From Eledone cirrhosa (Eukaryota), in the NCBI GenBank assembly GCA_964016885.1, contig OZ024756.1, positions 8,494,001 to 8,558,000 of the forward strand: 64,000 nt of DNA, in the 5' to 3' direction. Below, piece after piece: positions 13,594 through 28,727 of the stretch (position 1 is the first letter of the stretch; every line of letters starts with the position of its first letter). A program made the translations under genes and the position numbers. The notes below the pieces were generated by a model that saw nothing but the letters and a program-made list of their open reading frames with translations, was not told the origin of the DNA and ran no database searches.

Positions 13594-14733
13594 ATATGTA
13601 TGTATATGTGTTGTAGGTATATGTATATGTATGCGTATTAATTTTGATTTCTATTTGCATATAATTATATTATGCTATTGATGAAATACAATATCTGCTT
13701 TATGTATTGTATACCTAATTAACATATACTAATTAACGTATACTATTGAAATAAATATATAATTTTTAATTTAGTTAACATATAATTTATATGCTACTAC
13801 CGATGTAATACTTTATTTTATTTTTATTTGGGTTTCTTTTCCCTATTACTAAATTCATCTCCTAATATTGATACCATAACGTTATTAACTTTAATTTAGT
13901 TATACTGTAATTAATAATCTACTACTGTTTGACTTCAAAATTCTGCTTCAAATATTATAAACCTAACTAATTTACACCTTAGAAATCAATATGTTGGCTA
14001 TCTTTGGTTTAGTTAACATATGATTAATGGTATACTTATTTATTTTGAGATGCATAGATTTCGTATTTCCTAGCACTGAAAATATGTAAGAACATACATT
14101 GAATTAAGATACGGAAAATATTATATGTTTCTTGAAACATATATTTACTTTGATCCCCTTCTCCAAACCCCCCCTTTCCCCCATACTATTATCATCTGTA
14201 TTTGTAAGCATCTATGTATGAATATATATGTAGGTAGGTGTCTATATAGGTTTGGGTATTTATATCTAAATATAAAAATACATATATGAGCATGCAAATA
14301 TGAATGTAAGATTGTGTGTGTATATATGATTGTACATACATATGTATGTATATATATGTATATATATGCATTATATATGTGTGTGTATGTGAATGTGTTG
14401 TATGTATATGTGTATGTATGTGTATATATGTGTATGTATGTGTATGCTTGTATATATATGAATATATATATGTGTATATATGTATGTATATGTATATGCG
14501 TGTATGTATGTATGTGTATGTGTGTTGTGTATATATATGTATGTCTCTCTATTTATATGTTTATCTTCGTATCTATGTGATATATGTGTGTGTGTGTGCA
14601 CGTATGCATATGTATGTGTTTGTGTGTGTTTGTATGTGTGTGTGTATATATGTGTATGTGCGCACACACACATACACATATATATATATATATATGTGAG
14701 TGTGTATGTGTGTCTGTGTGTGTGTGTGTGTGT

Positions 14734-14784
<51 letters not shown>

Positions 14785-15225
14785 GATATATATATATATA
14801 TATATATATAGGTGTCTATGTGTGAATATATGTCTTTATTAGTATGTGTGTATTTATGTATGTATATATTTATGTGTATGTATGTATGTGTATGTATGTA
14901 TGTATATATATATATATATATATATGTATATGTATATATATATATGTATATTATTCTTTATTATTATAATATAACTTATGTGTATATGTGTATAAGTGAG
15001 GTTGTGTATGTATATATAATATGTGTATATATAAGAGTAATAAAATATATATATATATATATATATGTGCATGTCTGTTTTTTATGTGTGTGTGTATATA
15101 TATATATGTATGTATATGTATGTATATATATGTACGTGTGTGTATATGGATATATATATATATATATATATACATGTGGGTGTTTGTATGTGTTTTTATG
15201 GTGGTATGTGTGTGTGGATATATAT

Positions 15226-15262
<37 letters not shown>

Positions 15263-15268
15263 AGTCTA

Positions 15269-15311
<43 letters not shown>

Positions 15312-15654
15312 GTGTGTGTATATGTGTGTGTGTATGTATATATATATGTGTATGTATGTGTATATATATATATATATCTCTATTAATGCGTGTGTGTATG
15401 TATATACATATGCCTTTTTATTATTATTTTTTATTATTATCTTTATTTGTATGTCTGAGTTTGGTGAGGTTGTATTGTTTTTTATGTATATACACATTTA
15501 TGGAAGCGTATGTATTTATATATATGAGTATAAGTAGGTGCATATGTATGTATGATTATATATCTAATTCTATGTATGAAGGTACATCTATATATATATA
15601 TATATATACGTGTGTATGTAAGTTGTGTGTGTATGTATCTATATGTCTATGTGA

Positions 15655-15704
<50 letters not shown>

Positions 15705-15795
15705 CGATGTGCGTATATGTATGTACATGTATGTACATGTATGTGTGTATGTATGTGTATGTATATTTAGATGTATGTGTATGTATGTGTATATG

Positions 15796-15848
<53 letters not shown>

Positions 15849-16671
15849 ATGTATATATATGTGGATATATATCTTTATTATCTATTTTTTTATATATATG
15901 TGTATGTGTGTATGTGTTGCGCGTGTGTGTGTGTGTATATATATATCTTTTTATATGTGTATGTGTATGTTCGTGTAAGTGTATGTGTGTGTATGACTGT
16001 ATATGTATGTGTGTATGTGTGTATGCGTAAATATCTCTATGTGTGCGTACATGTATGTATGTGTGTTTATATATCTGTATGTGTATATATATTATATTAT
16101 AGTTATTATATTTTATTGTTTTATTTTTTTATTTTTCTTAATTTATAGATACATTTATATTAGGCAGTCTGCTCAGACAATTGAATACTGACCCCTCCCC
16201 CCCCTCCCACCTAATTTCTGTATCTTGATCTTGAAATGTGTGTGCCAGTGTTTTATGTGAGTGATTTAATTTCTATGTGCTTATGATTTTATATCCACAT
16301 ATATAAATGTGAGTGGGGGAGTGTGTGTGTTTGTATGTTCGTGGTTATGTGTATATTTATGCATATACGCGCATGTATGTGTGATTATACTGATATGTGT
16401 GAGTATGAAAAAATATATTTATATGCTTGACTCCATAAGTATCAATGCGCATCTTATCAGCGCATTAAGCTTACAGAGATATTAACCTTGAAATTTTGTG
16501 TTTGCATCCATCTTTTTAGTATGCGTATACAAATTATACACACATTTTTGTAAAATATGTGTAAGGATTTTACATGTATATACACACACCGAACTGCTTT
16601 TAACCCTTTGTGTTTTCATTGGTCAATTTTGAACTGATATTTTGAATTGTTGTTATTATCAATAAATATAC

Positions 16672-16826
16672 TTCATTATTTCTGAAGACGGCGTATATAT
16701 GTGTTAGGTATGTATATTTAATCTTGATAATTTGTATAATTTTGTATAATTTTGTACATAGATCTGTTGAATATGCATACCAATTATAACACATATATAC
16801 CCTAGAAACGATCGTTAAATAATGAA
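16672..16826 (+). ncRNA. Type I hammerhead ribozyme with long stem II (right arm)
   Basis: 10-bp stem I uucauuauuu/aaauaaugaa; CUGAAGA 16682-88; stem II guauauauguguua/uaacacauauauac; GAAA 16805-08; palindromic cgaucg. GUU cleavage after 16816. Confidence 0.88.
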
Positions 16827-16879
16827 TTTTTTTGTTTAATATAAGGAATTGTTTATTCATTATTTGTTTAATATTTTAT

Positions 16880-17902
<1,023 letters not shown>

Positions 17903-17904
17903 TA

Positions 17905-18415
17905 TATATATATATATATAAAACTGACGATGTCTGTCTATGTGCGTGTGAGTTTGAATCCCTAAAACTAGAGAAGCACCCAATCGACTTTTTTCAAACT
18001 TTACAGATGTAATACTTATGTTTCAGGGAGTGTTCTGAGCAAAAAAATTTTAAATTTTAAATGCCCTAGGGACCGCATTAGGTGATTTAGCGATCTCTCT
18101 CTATAATTCTTAGTCTTTCTCTTTTTAGATAGATACATACATATAACTTCGCGCCCTTATAATATATGCCTGTATGTCTGGCTGTCTCCAGTTTTTCTGC
18201 CACCCTTGCTCAAGACAAATCTCACACTCATTCCCCAAACAGTTGGTAAGTGCACACAACTTCTTCCTCGCGTTTTAAGCCACAGTGTTGCTTACTTACA
18301 TACCACCAGACCCTTACTTCTTTGCCAGCCATGGTTGTGGCAATACTAAGCTTAGCTAAAGCGGTTATATATTTCACAATACATTATCCCGTGCAACGCC
18401 GGATACCTCTGCTAG
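17905..18415 (+). mobile_element. Non-autonomous Helitron-like element
   Basis: 5' tatatataaaa followed by gtctgtct; 3' hairpin atcccgtgcaacgccggat and terminal CTAG followed by T. The 5' TC is not resolvable in the TA run. Confidence 0.6.
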
Positions 18416-18417
18416 TG

Positions 18418-19098
<681 letters not shown>

Positions 19099-19224
19099 TA
19101 TCCTGTATTTCTAAATGTCCCTGTTAGTCTGTGGCTGGTTGTTACTATTAAAAATAAAAATAAAAATAACAAACTAATTTCAAATAAAAACATAGAAGTC
19201 TTATCTGTAATCTGACATTGTTTG

Positions 19225-19343
19225 AAATTACAAGTGACCTACAATAACTTAAAGTAACCTACAGCGTCACCTGGCCATTTAAATTACAAGTGACATACAA
19301 TAACTTAAAGTAACCTACAGCGTCACCTGGCCATTTAAATTAC
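19225..19343. repeat. 56-bp tandem duplication
   Basis: aaattacaagtgac..ctggccattt starts at 19225 and again at 19281. Confidence 0.9.
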
Positions 19344-19489
19344 TCTCTATATACTATTATATTTTATTGGTAAAGGCTTTACCTCACATAATTACTTCAC
19401 ATAATTATCTAACATAAGACCGAATCTGAGATTTTGATGTAATCCGAATTGAAAGATCACAGCACCGATACTATAGGTATGTGGTTAGA

Positions 19490-19701
19490 ATGTCTCAGGA
19501 AAGAATCGCTGGACAGATTTTACGGGCAAAAGCAACAGGTAGGAGATCGAGGGGGTAGACCCCGAGCAAGATGGTTGGATAACATTCATGAGCTTGGCTG
19601 GTCTTGTTTGGGGATCTAGTTGGAGAGGGTTGCTTCTGACAGGACCCGCTGGAAGGAGTGGTTGAGGACTCTGCCCCTACGACCCAAAGAAGAAGAAGAA
19701 G
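19490..19701 (+). mobile_element. RTE LINE 3' fragment with (GAA)n tail
   Basis: Plus frame reads RIAGQILRAKATGRRSRGRPRARWLDNI...DRTRW and ends gaagaagaagaag. Confidence 0.75.
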
Positions 19702-19779
19702 GCCAAACATAAAGTCAAACGAGCTGCAGTTTGCCCACAACTGCCGTCTAAATAAAACCAATTTCTTCCATGGAAAGAG

Positions 19780-20212
19780 AAAAGGATAGAGAGGCAGAAT
19801 CGACAGCTCTTTGGTGGGATTTGAACTAAGAATGCAGAGAATCACAATGAATACTGCAAAGCAATCTATCTAACGTGTTACCTCTGCCAATTCGCCACCT
19901 ATCTAACATATAATATAATGATATCTAGTATAGGCACAAGGCCAGTCATTTGGGGGAGGGGAAAGTCAATTAAATCAACCCCCAATACGACCCCATAAGG
20001 ATGAAAGGCAAAGTTAACCTTCGCAGGATTTGAACTCAGACCGTAAAGGACCGTAACTCTATGCTGAAAAGCATGGTGTCCGATTCTACCGATACTGCCA
20101 ATCCACCACCCTTCTAACATATAATATAAGATAATATAATATAATTGTTTCTACTTTTGGCACAAGGCCAGCATTACTGGTACTTTATTTTATCGACCTC
20201 GTAAGGATGAAA
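19780..20212 (-). mobile_element. Cluster of three S1 SINE copies/fragments
   Basis: Similar to 425-610 at ~19780-19898, 19925-20110 and 20142-20212. Confidence 0.75.
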
Positions 20213-23200
20213 TGTCGGATCAGTAGATAAGGCAATGATCAAGTAACTGTGAATTTGGTTCATACTACTAGTGGCAAGGCGATCATATCAACTACTGTTG
20301 GATGTTTCGGTGAGACACAACCGCTCTAATACAGAGTACTGCTTTCACGTGTATGGAGTAGCGACCGCAAGTTATATCCAGCTATTGAAAGCTAAATATG
20401 ACACAAATCCTTCGATGTTCATCCTGCAGCGCTCGTCGCGCGGTTAAACAAGGAGCGCGTCCTGCAACGGATTCCCAGATTGAAGTCGAAAAATCAGATA
20501 CTGGGAAACATACACGGAGAAAACAACCAACCCGACTTGTACACGGAAAGAAAGACATCTTTGCTGGTACACTCAATGTTCAAACACTCCAGAAAGACCA
20601 TAAAATCCCTGAACTGATTGCTTCAGCAGGGGCAACCAACTATGATGTTATCTGTCTTCAGGAGCACCGGTTCATACATGAAGAGCTTGTAACAAAGGAG
20701 CAAATATTTGGCAATTGGAGGCTGATAACCTGCTCAGCTTGGAAAAACAACATGAATGCAGCAAATGGTGGAGTTGGAATGCTTTTCAGTCCGCGAGCCT
20801 ATGATGCACTTGCGAGTGTTGAAATGATAACATCAAGGATAATGATAGCTACGTTTAACGGGAATCCTGAAACCACTGTCATCTCTTGCTATAGTCCAAC
20901 AAATGTATGTGACATGGCCGAAGTAGAGAGGTTCTACATGGAACTAACATCACTCACTGGACAAATCCCGAAACATAATGTTCTCATCATTGGCGGAGAC
21001 TTCAACGCGTGTCTTGGACAGCTTGATGGATTCAAATTCTCATACCACTCACAAACCAATAGAAACGGTTGTGTGAGAACAATTTACGATGTCTCAAAAA
21101 AGACCAGGCCAGCGGTGGACTCACAAATCTCCAAATGGCGACAAGACACAACTGGATTATATCATAATCAATCGAAAATGGAAGAACAGCGCAAAAAACT
21201 GCAGAGCATATGACTCATTTGTTAGTATTGACTCGGATCATCGCATTGTCTCGGCTAGGATACGATTAGGTCTCCGAGTGGATAAAAAGAAATCTGCAAA
21301 TGCTACTCCTTACAACTGGGCAGTTCTGAATACCAATCCTGAGACTTACAAAACCTTTGTAACCGATTTGCTGCATTACAAGACTCTGCGCCAACAAAAT
21401 CGTCAAATTCTACATTTAACCACTTTCAAATGGCATTCAAAGAGGCAGCGGCCGACACCATCCCTTTAAAACCGAAGGTTAAAAAACGAAAACCCTGGGA
21501 AACAGAGAGGATACGCCAAAAGCGCAAAGAGTTGCGAAAAGCTGCAGAATTGAAAGACACTCAACGATCTCCAGAAAACATTAGTAACTTCAGTGCTGCT
21601 TGTACAGCACTGAAAAGTGAGTATGAAATTGAGCAAGCCGAATACATGCAGAGAAAGATCAATCATATCTCGAGTACTGTCAGCAATAAGAGGTCTGCTG
21701 AAGCCTGGAAAACTGTCAATGAAATTAGTGGCAGAAAAAGTAGTTTCAGAGCCAAACTGAAAGCCTCCAGCCAAGACGAACGTTTAAAACTGTGGCAACA
21801 ACATTTTCAGAACCTACTTGGCAAAGCACCGCAGATAATCGAAGAAGAAATAATACCCGTTTTTACAGGGGAACACCAAATACAGGAACACCAAATACAG
21901 AAAGGTCCTTTCACTGTGGAGGAACTACAGAAGGCAGTGAAAAGTATTGGTAACGGAAAAGCTTGCGGACTCGACGAGATCCCAGCTGAAGTGTGGAAGG
22001 TACCTGAATTTCACCCAATCCTACTAGAGTTGTGTAATGGTGTCTATAATCAAGACCCCATAGACAAATGGACTGAGGGATGTATACTCCCTGTTCCCAA
22101 AAAAGGCGATCTTGGAATGGCTAAAAACTACCGTGACATAACACTAATGGCAATTGCCGCAAAGATTTACAATCTCATGCTGTTTGACAGAATAAGACCT
22201 GTCATTGACCCCTTGCTGAGAAAAAACCAAAATGGCTTCCGCACCAACTGATCAACATCAGGGCAAATACTTACTATTCGGCGTATCTTGGAAGGCGTAA
22301 AAGCCAAAAACCTCCCAGCAACTCTCCTGATTATTGACTTTTCAAAAGCATTCGATTCCATCCATCGTGGGAGGATGAGAGAGATACTTCTACCCTACAG
22401 CTTGCCAAAGGAAACAGTAAATACCACCATGATGTTATATAAAAACACCCGCGCAATGGTGCGCTCACCTGATGGAGATACCAACTTCTTTGACATCATT
22501 GCCGGAGTACTCCAAGGCATATATTTTTATCATCTGCCTCGACTATGTATTGAGAAAAGCCCTGGACGAAAACTTAGAGCTTGGTTTCACTCTCACAAAG
22601 CGAAAGTGTAGACGCCATGCAGCTCAGAAAATCGCCGATGCTGACTATGCGGATGATTTAGCGGTCCTCGCTGACTACCTTAAGGATTCAACATCACTAC
22701 TTCACAGCATCGAATCAGTTGCAAAGGAAATCGGACTCTATGTCAACGCAGGCAAAACAGAATATATTTGCCTGAACCAAGACTCCTCAGCTGGTATGCG
22801 AAGTCTAAACGGCGATATAATCAAGCAAGTTGGTACTTCAAATACCTGGGTAGCTATATCGCTGGGGAGCATTGAATGCAATGGAAAAGATATGGAAATC
22901 AAACCTGGCAGCCAAACTGAAAAGGAATTTCTTCAGAGCTGCTGTGGAGTCTGTGCTTGTTTATGGCTCTATCACTTAGACGCTAACGTCGAAACTGGAG
23001 AAAAAGTTAAACGGGACATACACACATATGCTCCGCGCTGCTTTAAACATATCTTGGAGGGAACACCCAACAAATAAGGATCTCTATGGCAATATACCAC
23101 CTATCAGCAGGTCAATACGTGGACAGAGACTCAGATTTGCTGGCCACTGTTGGCGCAGCAAGGAAGAAATAGCAGGTGATGTGTTGTTATGGAGTCTATC

Positions 23201-23362
23201 TCATGGAGCAAGAAACGCTGGTGGTCCCAAGAAGACATACGTCAAGCAACTTGAGGACGATACTGGATGCACTGCGGAAGAACTGGCAAATGCTATGAGA
23301 GACAGAGATGGATGGTGGAAACGTGTCGTAGAAAGCCGAGCAGGCTCGACCTGATGATGGTG
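20213..23362 (+). mobile_element. Near full-length RTE-clade LINE (family D), APE + RT, frameshifted
   Basis: APE motifs TLNV, LQE, GGDFNA, LDY and SDH; RT motifs QNGFR, IDFSKAFDS, GVLQG and YADD; RLRFAGH; (TGA)n tail. Broken into six ORF pieces. Confidence 0.93.
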
Positions 23363-23438
23363 ATATGAGTGTATATATATATATATATATATATATATGA
23401 GTGTATGTATAAATATATATATATATATATGTATATGA

Positions 23439-23497
<59 letters not shown>

Positions 23498-23616
23498 CAC
23501 ATATATATATGAGTGTATATATATATATATACGGAGTATATATATATATATATATATACACACGGAGTATATGTATATATACATATATGTGTATATATAT
23601 GTATATATATATATAT

Positions 23617-24149
23617 ACGGAGTAGGCAGACCCAGAAAAACCTGGGACGACTTGATAAATTCCGACCTCACACACTTACACCTCTCCAAGACAATGTCAC
23701 TGGACCGAGATCTTTGGCGCTACACAGTAATACAGAAGACCCGCCTTGCCTAAGTACAAAGCGAAACCTACAGTCAGTAGGCACCTCTTAACCAAAATAA
23801 CCCCCCACCCCCCACCCCCCGTCTCACTACCCCCACCCCATCCACACCACCCCTTTCAATGTAAAGTTATGTTGGTACCACAACATCCAGTCCGAAACAA
23901 ATGAGGTTGTGTAGGTGTCACGACAAAAAAACACAGTCCACGCTGTAATGTGGCCGTGTAGGGAACACGGTAAAAACCTCCCAGTTCCACACTGTAAACG
24001 TGGTTGGTGTTAGGAAGGGCATCCAGCTGTAGAAAACCCGCCAGACAGTTCTATACGAGCAAGACAACCACTCTTGCCTCAAGTGGGAAAACTCCCATCC
24101 AAACCCATGCTAGCGTGGAAGATGGACGTTAAACGTTGATGATGATGAT
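23617..24149 (+). mobile_element. RTE LINE 3' end (family C) with ~400-nt 3' UTR
   Basis: [15 protein letters not shown]...KTRLA, followed by a UTR and (TGA)n. Confidence 0.88.
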
Positions 24150-24540
24150 GTGTGTATGAGTGTATATATATGTGTGTGTGTGAGTGTATATATATATATG
24201 TGTGTGAGTGTATATATATATATATGTGTGTGTGTGTTGTGAGTGTATATTATATGTGTGTGAGTGTATATATGTGTGTGAGTGTATATATATATGTGTG
24301 TGTGAGTGTATATATATATATATGTGTGAGTGTATATATATATATATATGTGTGTGTTGTGAGTGTATATATATATGTGTGTGAGTGTATATATACATAT
24401 GTGTGTGAGTGTATATATATAATGTATGTGTGAGTGTATATATATGTGTGAGTGTGTATATATATGTGTGAGTGTATATAAATATATGTGTGTGAGTATA
24501 TATATATGTGTGTGAGTATATATATATGTGTATATATATA

Positions 24541-24589
<49 letters not shown>

Positions 24590-24624
24590 ATATATATATA
24601 TGGGTGTGAGTATCATCATTCATT

Positions 24625-24886
24625 ATCATCATTTCATTTTACGTCCGCTTTTCCCCGCTTGCAAGGGTGAGACAGGAACTGATTCTGGCATAATTTCTAC
24701 AGCTGGATGCCCTTCCTAACACCAACCTCATTTACAGTAAGTGCTGGGTGCTTTGTTGCCGTGGCACCTCCACGACCACTTCACAGTGGAATGATATGGA
24801 CCCAATCCCTATCATCTCATTTCTACAGCTGAATAAACTGGAGCAATGTGAAATAAAGTGTCTTGCTCAAGGAAACAACACATCAC
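24625..24886 (-). mobile_element. 5'-truncated S2 SINE
   Basis: Matches the reverse complement of 56820-57083. Confidence 0.8.
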
Positions 24887-24892
24887 AGTATA

Positions 24893-25651
24893 TATATGTA
24901 TGTGAGTTACGGCCCTTGCTATTCTGAGTTCAAATCCCGCCAAAGTTAACTTTGCTTTTCATCCTTATGATGTCGATAAAATAAAGTACCAGTAATGCAT
25001 TCGGGTAATTGCTGGCCTTGTGCCAAAGGTAAAAACAATTATTAGTTCAACCCATTACTCCCCCACTTCCTACACTGAACTTGCTGAGCATGCGCAGTTA
25101 GAAGGAAGTATGTAGTGCTTTTTCTTTATAAAACCACTTTGTTTTCTCTCTACCTATCGATTTCTTTCTTTCATATATAAATAGATCTTTGGAAGTATTG
25201 CATATATTGTGTATATACACACATTATAAAGACTCGTCTAAACGTAAGTTGTTTATTTAATATCCCCCAACCCCTACAAAAGAAATTATTTTATATGTCG
25301 TAATTTCATAATTATCTCGCGCGCACATGCAGATGTTTTTTTTAATATTTTCAAATTATAGTTTTTAAATATCAAAATATTGTTTTCTTAATTTTTGTTA
25401 TTGTTGAAACCTGGACAGTTTATTCTATGTTCAAAACATTTTGTGAAGAGAAAGAAAAAATCGCAAAAAGTCAAATATTAAAAGAAACTTATATTTTGAA
25501 ACGAGTTGGAAATAGTTTTAAAATGGGGAAAAAAATGTAATCTCCGATGTTAAAAACACAAATGAGAAGAAACTTTCGAGTAAAAACACTTAAATATTAT
25601 AGAGGAAATGTTTATTCCGTTATTTATAAGTTTGCATCCGTCAATATGAGT
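24893..25651 (+). repeat. ~750-bp segmental duplicate (copy 1): S1 SINE fragment plus unique sequence
   Basis: Near-identical to 47823-48560. Confidence 0.92.
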
Positions 25652-25761
25652 TCATTTATGTGTGTGTGTGAGTATATATGTCTGTGTGTGAGTGTATATA
25701 TGTGTGTTTGTATATATGTATGTGTGTGTGTGTATGTATGCGTGTGTGTGAGTGTATATAT

Positions 25762-26170
25762 ACAGTCAGTAGGCACCTCTTAACCAAAATACACCCCCGT
25801 CCCACTACCGCTACCCCACCGCCATATACACCAGATACAAGTAGGAGTACATCAGGGTTCTCTATGCTGACGATGTAATGTTATGTTGGTAACACAACAT
25901 TCAGTCCTAAATAAATGAGGTCGTGTAGGTGTCACGAGAAAAAAACACAGTCCACGCTGTAATGTGGCCGTGTAGGTAACACGGTAAAAACCTCCCAGTC
26001 CACACTGTAAACGTGGTTGGTGTTAGGAAGGGCATCCAGCTGTAGAAAACCTGCCAGACAGTCCTATATGAGAGAGACACGGTCACTCGACCAACCTTGC
26101 CTCAAGTGGGACAACTCCCGTCTAACCCATGCTAGCGTGGAAGATGGACGTTAAATGATGATGATGATGA
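25762..26170 (+). mobile_element. RTE family C 3' UTR
   Basis: Matches 23769-24149. Confidence 0.85.
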
Positions 26171-26173
26171 TTG

Positions 26174-26207
<34 letters not shown>

Positions 26208-26208
<1 letters not shown>

Positions 26209-27707
26209 GTATACAAAGGTAAAGGGGATGCTCTGGAGAGGAGCAATTATAGGGGTATAAAACTGATAGATCAGGTTATGAAAGTGGCAGAAAGGGTTTT
26301 AGCACAACTGATTAGACAAAGGGTCAAACTAGATGAGATGCAGTTTGGTTTTGTGCCTGGGAAGAGTACAACAGATGCCCTCTTCTTGGTGAGACAATTG
26401 CAAGAGAAGTTCTTAGAGAAGAATAAGCCACTATACTTAGCCTTTGTTGACCTAGAGAAGGCCTTTGATAGGGTACCCCGATCTGTCATCTGGTGGTCCC
26501 TAAGGAAGCTGGGTGTTGAGGAAAGGCTTGTGAGGACAGTGCAAACTTTGTACAGAGGTACTCTCAGTAAAGTCAGGGTAGGAGTGGAGTTTAGTGAGGA
26601 ATTCCAGATACAAGTAGGAGTACATCAGGGTTCGGTCCTCAGCCCGCTCTTGTTCATTATAGTCCTCCAAGCCATAACAGAGGAGTTTAAGACTGGCTGT
26701 CCATGGGAACTTCTCTATGCTGACGATCTGGTTCTTATAGCAGAATCAGTAGAGGAGCTAGAGAATAAATTCTGGCTATGGAAACAGCAGTTGGAAGCAA
26801 GAGGACTGAGAGCAAACCTAGCTAAGACTAAAGTGTTGATGAGTAGAAAAGAGGACAAAACTGATTCCGCCAGGGAAATGGCCATGTTCGATATGCAGAA
26901 AAAGAACTGGCATAAATTCTATAAAATGCACAGAATGCAGATCCTGGGTACACAAGATATGTAGCGGGATAGCAGGCAAACTAACAGGTAGGGAGAAATA
27001 TGTATGCAGTAGATGTACAGGGAAATTAGACAGTAGAAGTCACATTGATAGACACATTTTCAAATGCAGGCGGGTGCTATAGAAGTGGTGGATAGCTTCC
27101 GGTACCTAGGAGATCAGATTAGCATGGGAGGAGGGTGTTCCGAGGCCATAGTATCTAGAATAAGGACGGGTTGGAAGAAGTTTAGGGAGCTGCTTCCTCT
27201 GTTGGCGAAGAAGGGTTTCTCCCTGCGTACGAAAGGCCGGTTGTATGATGCCTGTGTGAGGAGCGCGATGCTGCATGGTAGTGAGACATGGGCAGCAACT
27301 GCAGAGGATATGTGACGGCTGGAGAGAAATGAGGCAAGCATGCTCCATTGGATGTGCAGTGTAAATGTGCGTGAACGACCCACCATAAATGTGTTGAGAG
27401 AGAAACTGTGTCTGAGAGGGATAGAATGTAGTGTACGAGAGAGGAGACTGAGGTGGTATGGACATGTGATGCGCATGGAGGATGACCGATGGGTGAAGAA
27501 GTGCCAGAAAATGCCAGTTTAAGGAAGACGTGGTAGAGGTATACCACGAAAAACATGGGCGGAGGTGGTGAGAACAGACCTCAGATCATTGAAGCTCACG
27601 GTGGAGATGATGAAGGACCGTGACAAGTGGAGAGATGCTGTGCTGAATAAGACCCGTCCCACCCTTGCAAGCAGGGAAAAGCGGACGTAAAATGATGATG
27701 ATGATGA
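26208..27707 (+). mobile_element. RTE family A, RT and C-terminal region, degenerate
   Basis: KGKGD..NYRGIKL, QFGF, DLEKAFDRV, GVHQGS, LYADD, RRLRWYGH and a (TGA)n tail. Confidence 0.92.
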
Positions 27708-27837
27708 TATATATATACACACTCATATATATATGTGTGAGTGTATATATATATATGTGTGAGTGTATATATATATATACATGTGTGAGTGTATATATAT
27801 ACATGCGTGAGTGTATATATATATACTTGCGTGAGTC

Positions 27838-27868
<31 letters not shown>

Positions 27869-27959
27869 GTGTATATATATACATGCGTGAGTGTATATAT
27901 ATATATATATATATATGTGTGTGAGTGTATATATATACATGCGTGAGTGTATATATATA

Positions 27960-28727
27960 TCATCATCATTTTACGTCCGCTTTTCCCTGCTTGCAAGGGT
28001 GGGACGGGTCTTATTCAGCACAGCATCTTTCCACTCGTCGCGGTCCTTCGTCATCTCCACCGTGATCTGAGGTCTGTTCTCACCACCTCCGCCCATGTTT
28101 TTCGTGGTCTACCTCTACCACGTCTTCCTTCAACTGGCATTTCCTAGCACTTCTTCACCCATCGGTCATCCTCCATGCGCATCACATGTCCATACCACCT
28201 CAGTCTCCTCTCCCGTACACTACATTCTATCCCACTCAGACACAGTTTCTCTCTCAACACATTTATGCTGGGTTGTTCACGCACATTTACACTGCACATC
28301 CAACGGAGCATGCTTGCCTCATTTCTCTCCAGCCGTCACATATCCTCTGCAGTTGCTGCCCATGTCTCACTACCATGCAGCATCGCGCTCCTCACACAGG
28401 CATCATACAACCGGCCTTTCGTACGCAGGGAGAAACCCTTCTTCGTCAACAGAGGAAGCAAGATCCCTAAACTTCTTCCAACCCATCCTTATTCTAGATA
28501 CTATGGCCTCGGAACACCCTCCTCCCATGCTAATCTGATCTCCTAGGTACCGGAAGCTATCCACCACTTCTATAGCACCCGCCTGCATTTGAAAATGTGT
28601 CTATCAATGTGACTTCTACTGTCTAATTTCCCTGTACATCTACTGCATACATATTTCTCCCTACCTGTTAGTTTGCCTGCTATCCTGCTACATCTCTTGT
28701 GTACCCAGGATCTGCATTGTGTGCATT
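27960..28727 (-). mobile_element. RTE family A 3' part, inverted relative to 26208-27707
   Basis: Reverse complement of ~26925-27700, arranged tail-to-tail. Confidence 0.9.

Larger units (their letters stand above)
3941..16879. mobile_element. Penelope-like retroelement (Naiad-type) as a 13-kb inverted duplication
   Basis: Full copy on minus (10814->3941) with terminal direct repeat 3941-4217 = 10538-10814. A 5'-truncated inverted copy at 10810-16879 mirrors 10143-4075. Both outer ends lie in (TA)n. Confidence 0.95.

Noticed and set aside
20213-20397. Self-cleaving ribozyme (HDV-like or twister) in the RTE-D 5' UTR
   Set aside because: Plausible for RTE elements, but I could not fit the required pseudoknot pairings by eye. 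An Infernal search is needed.
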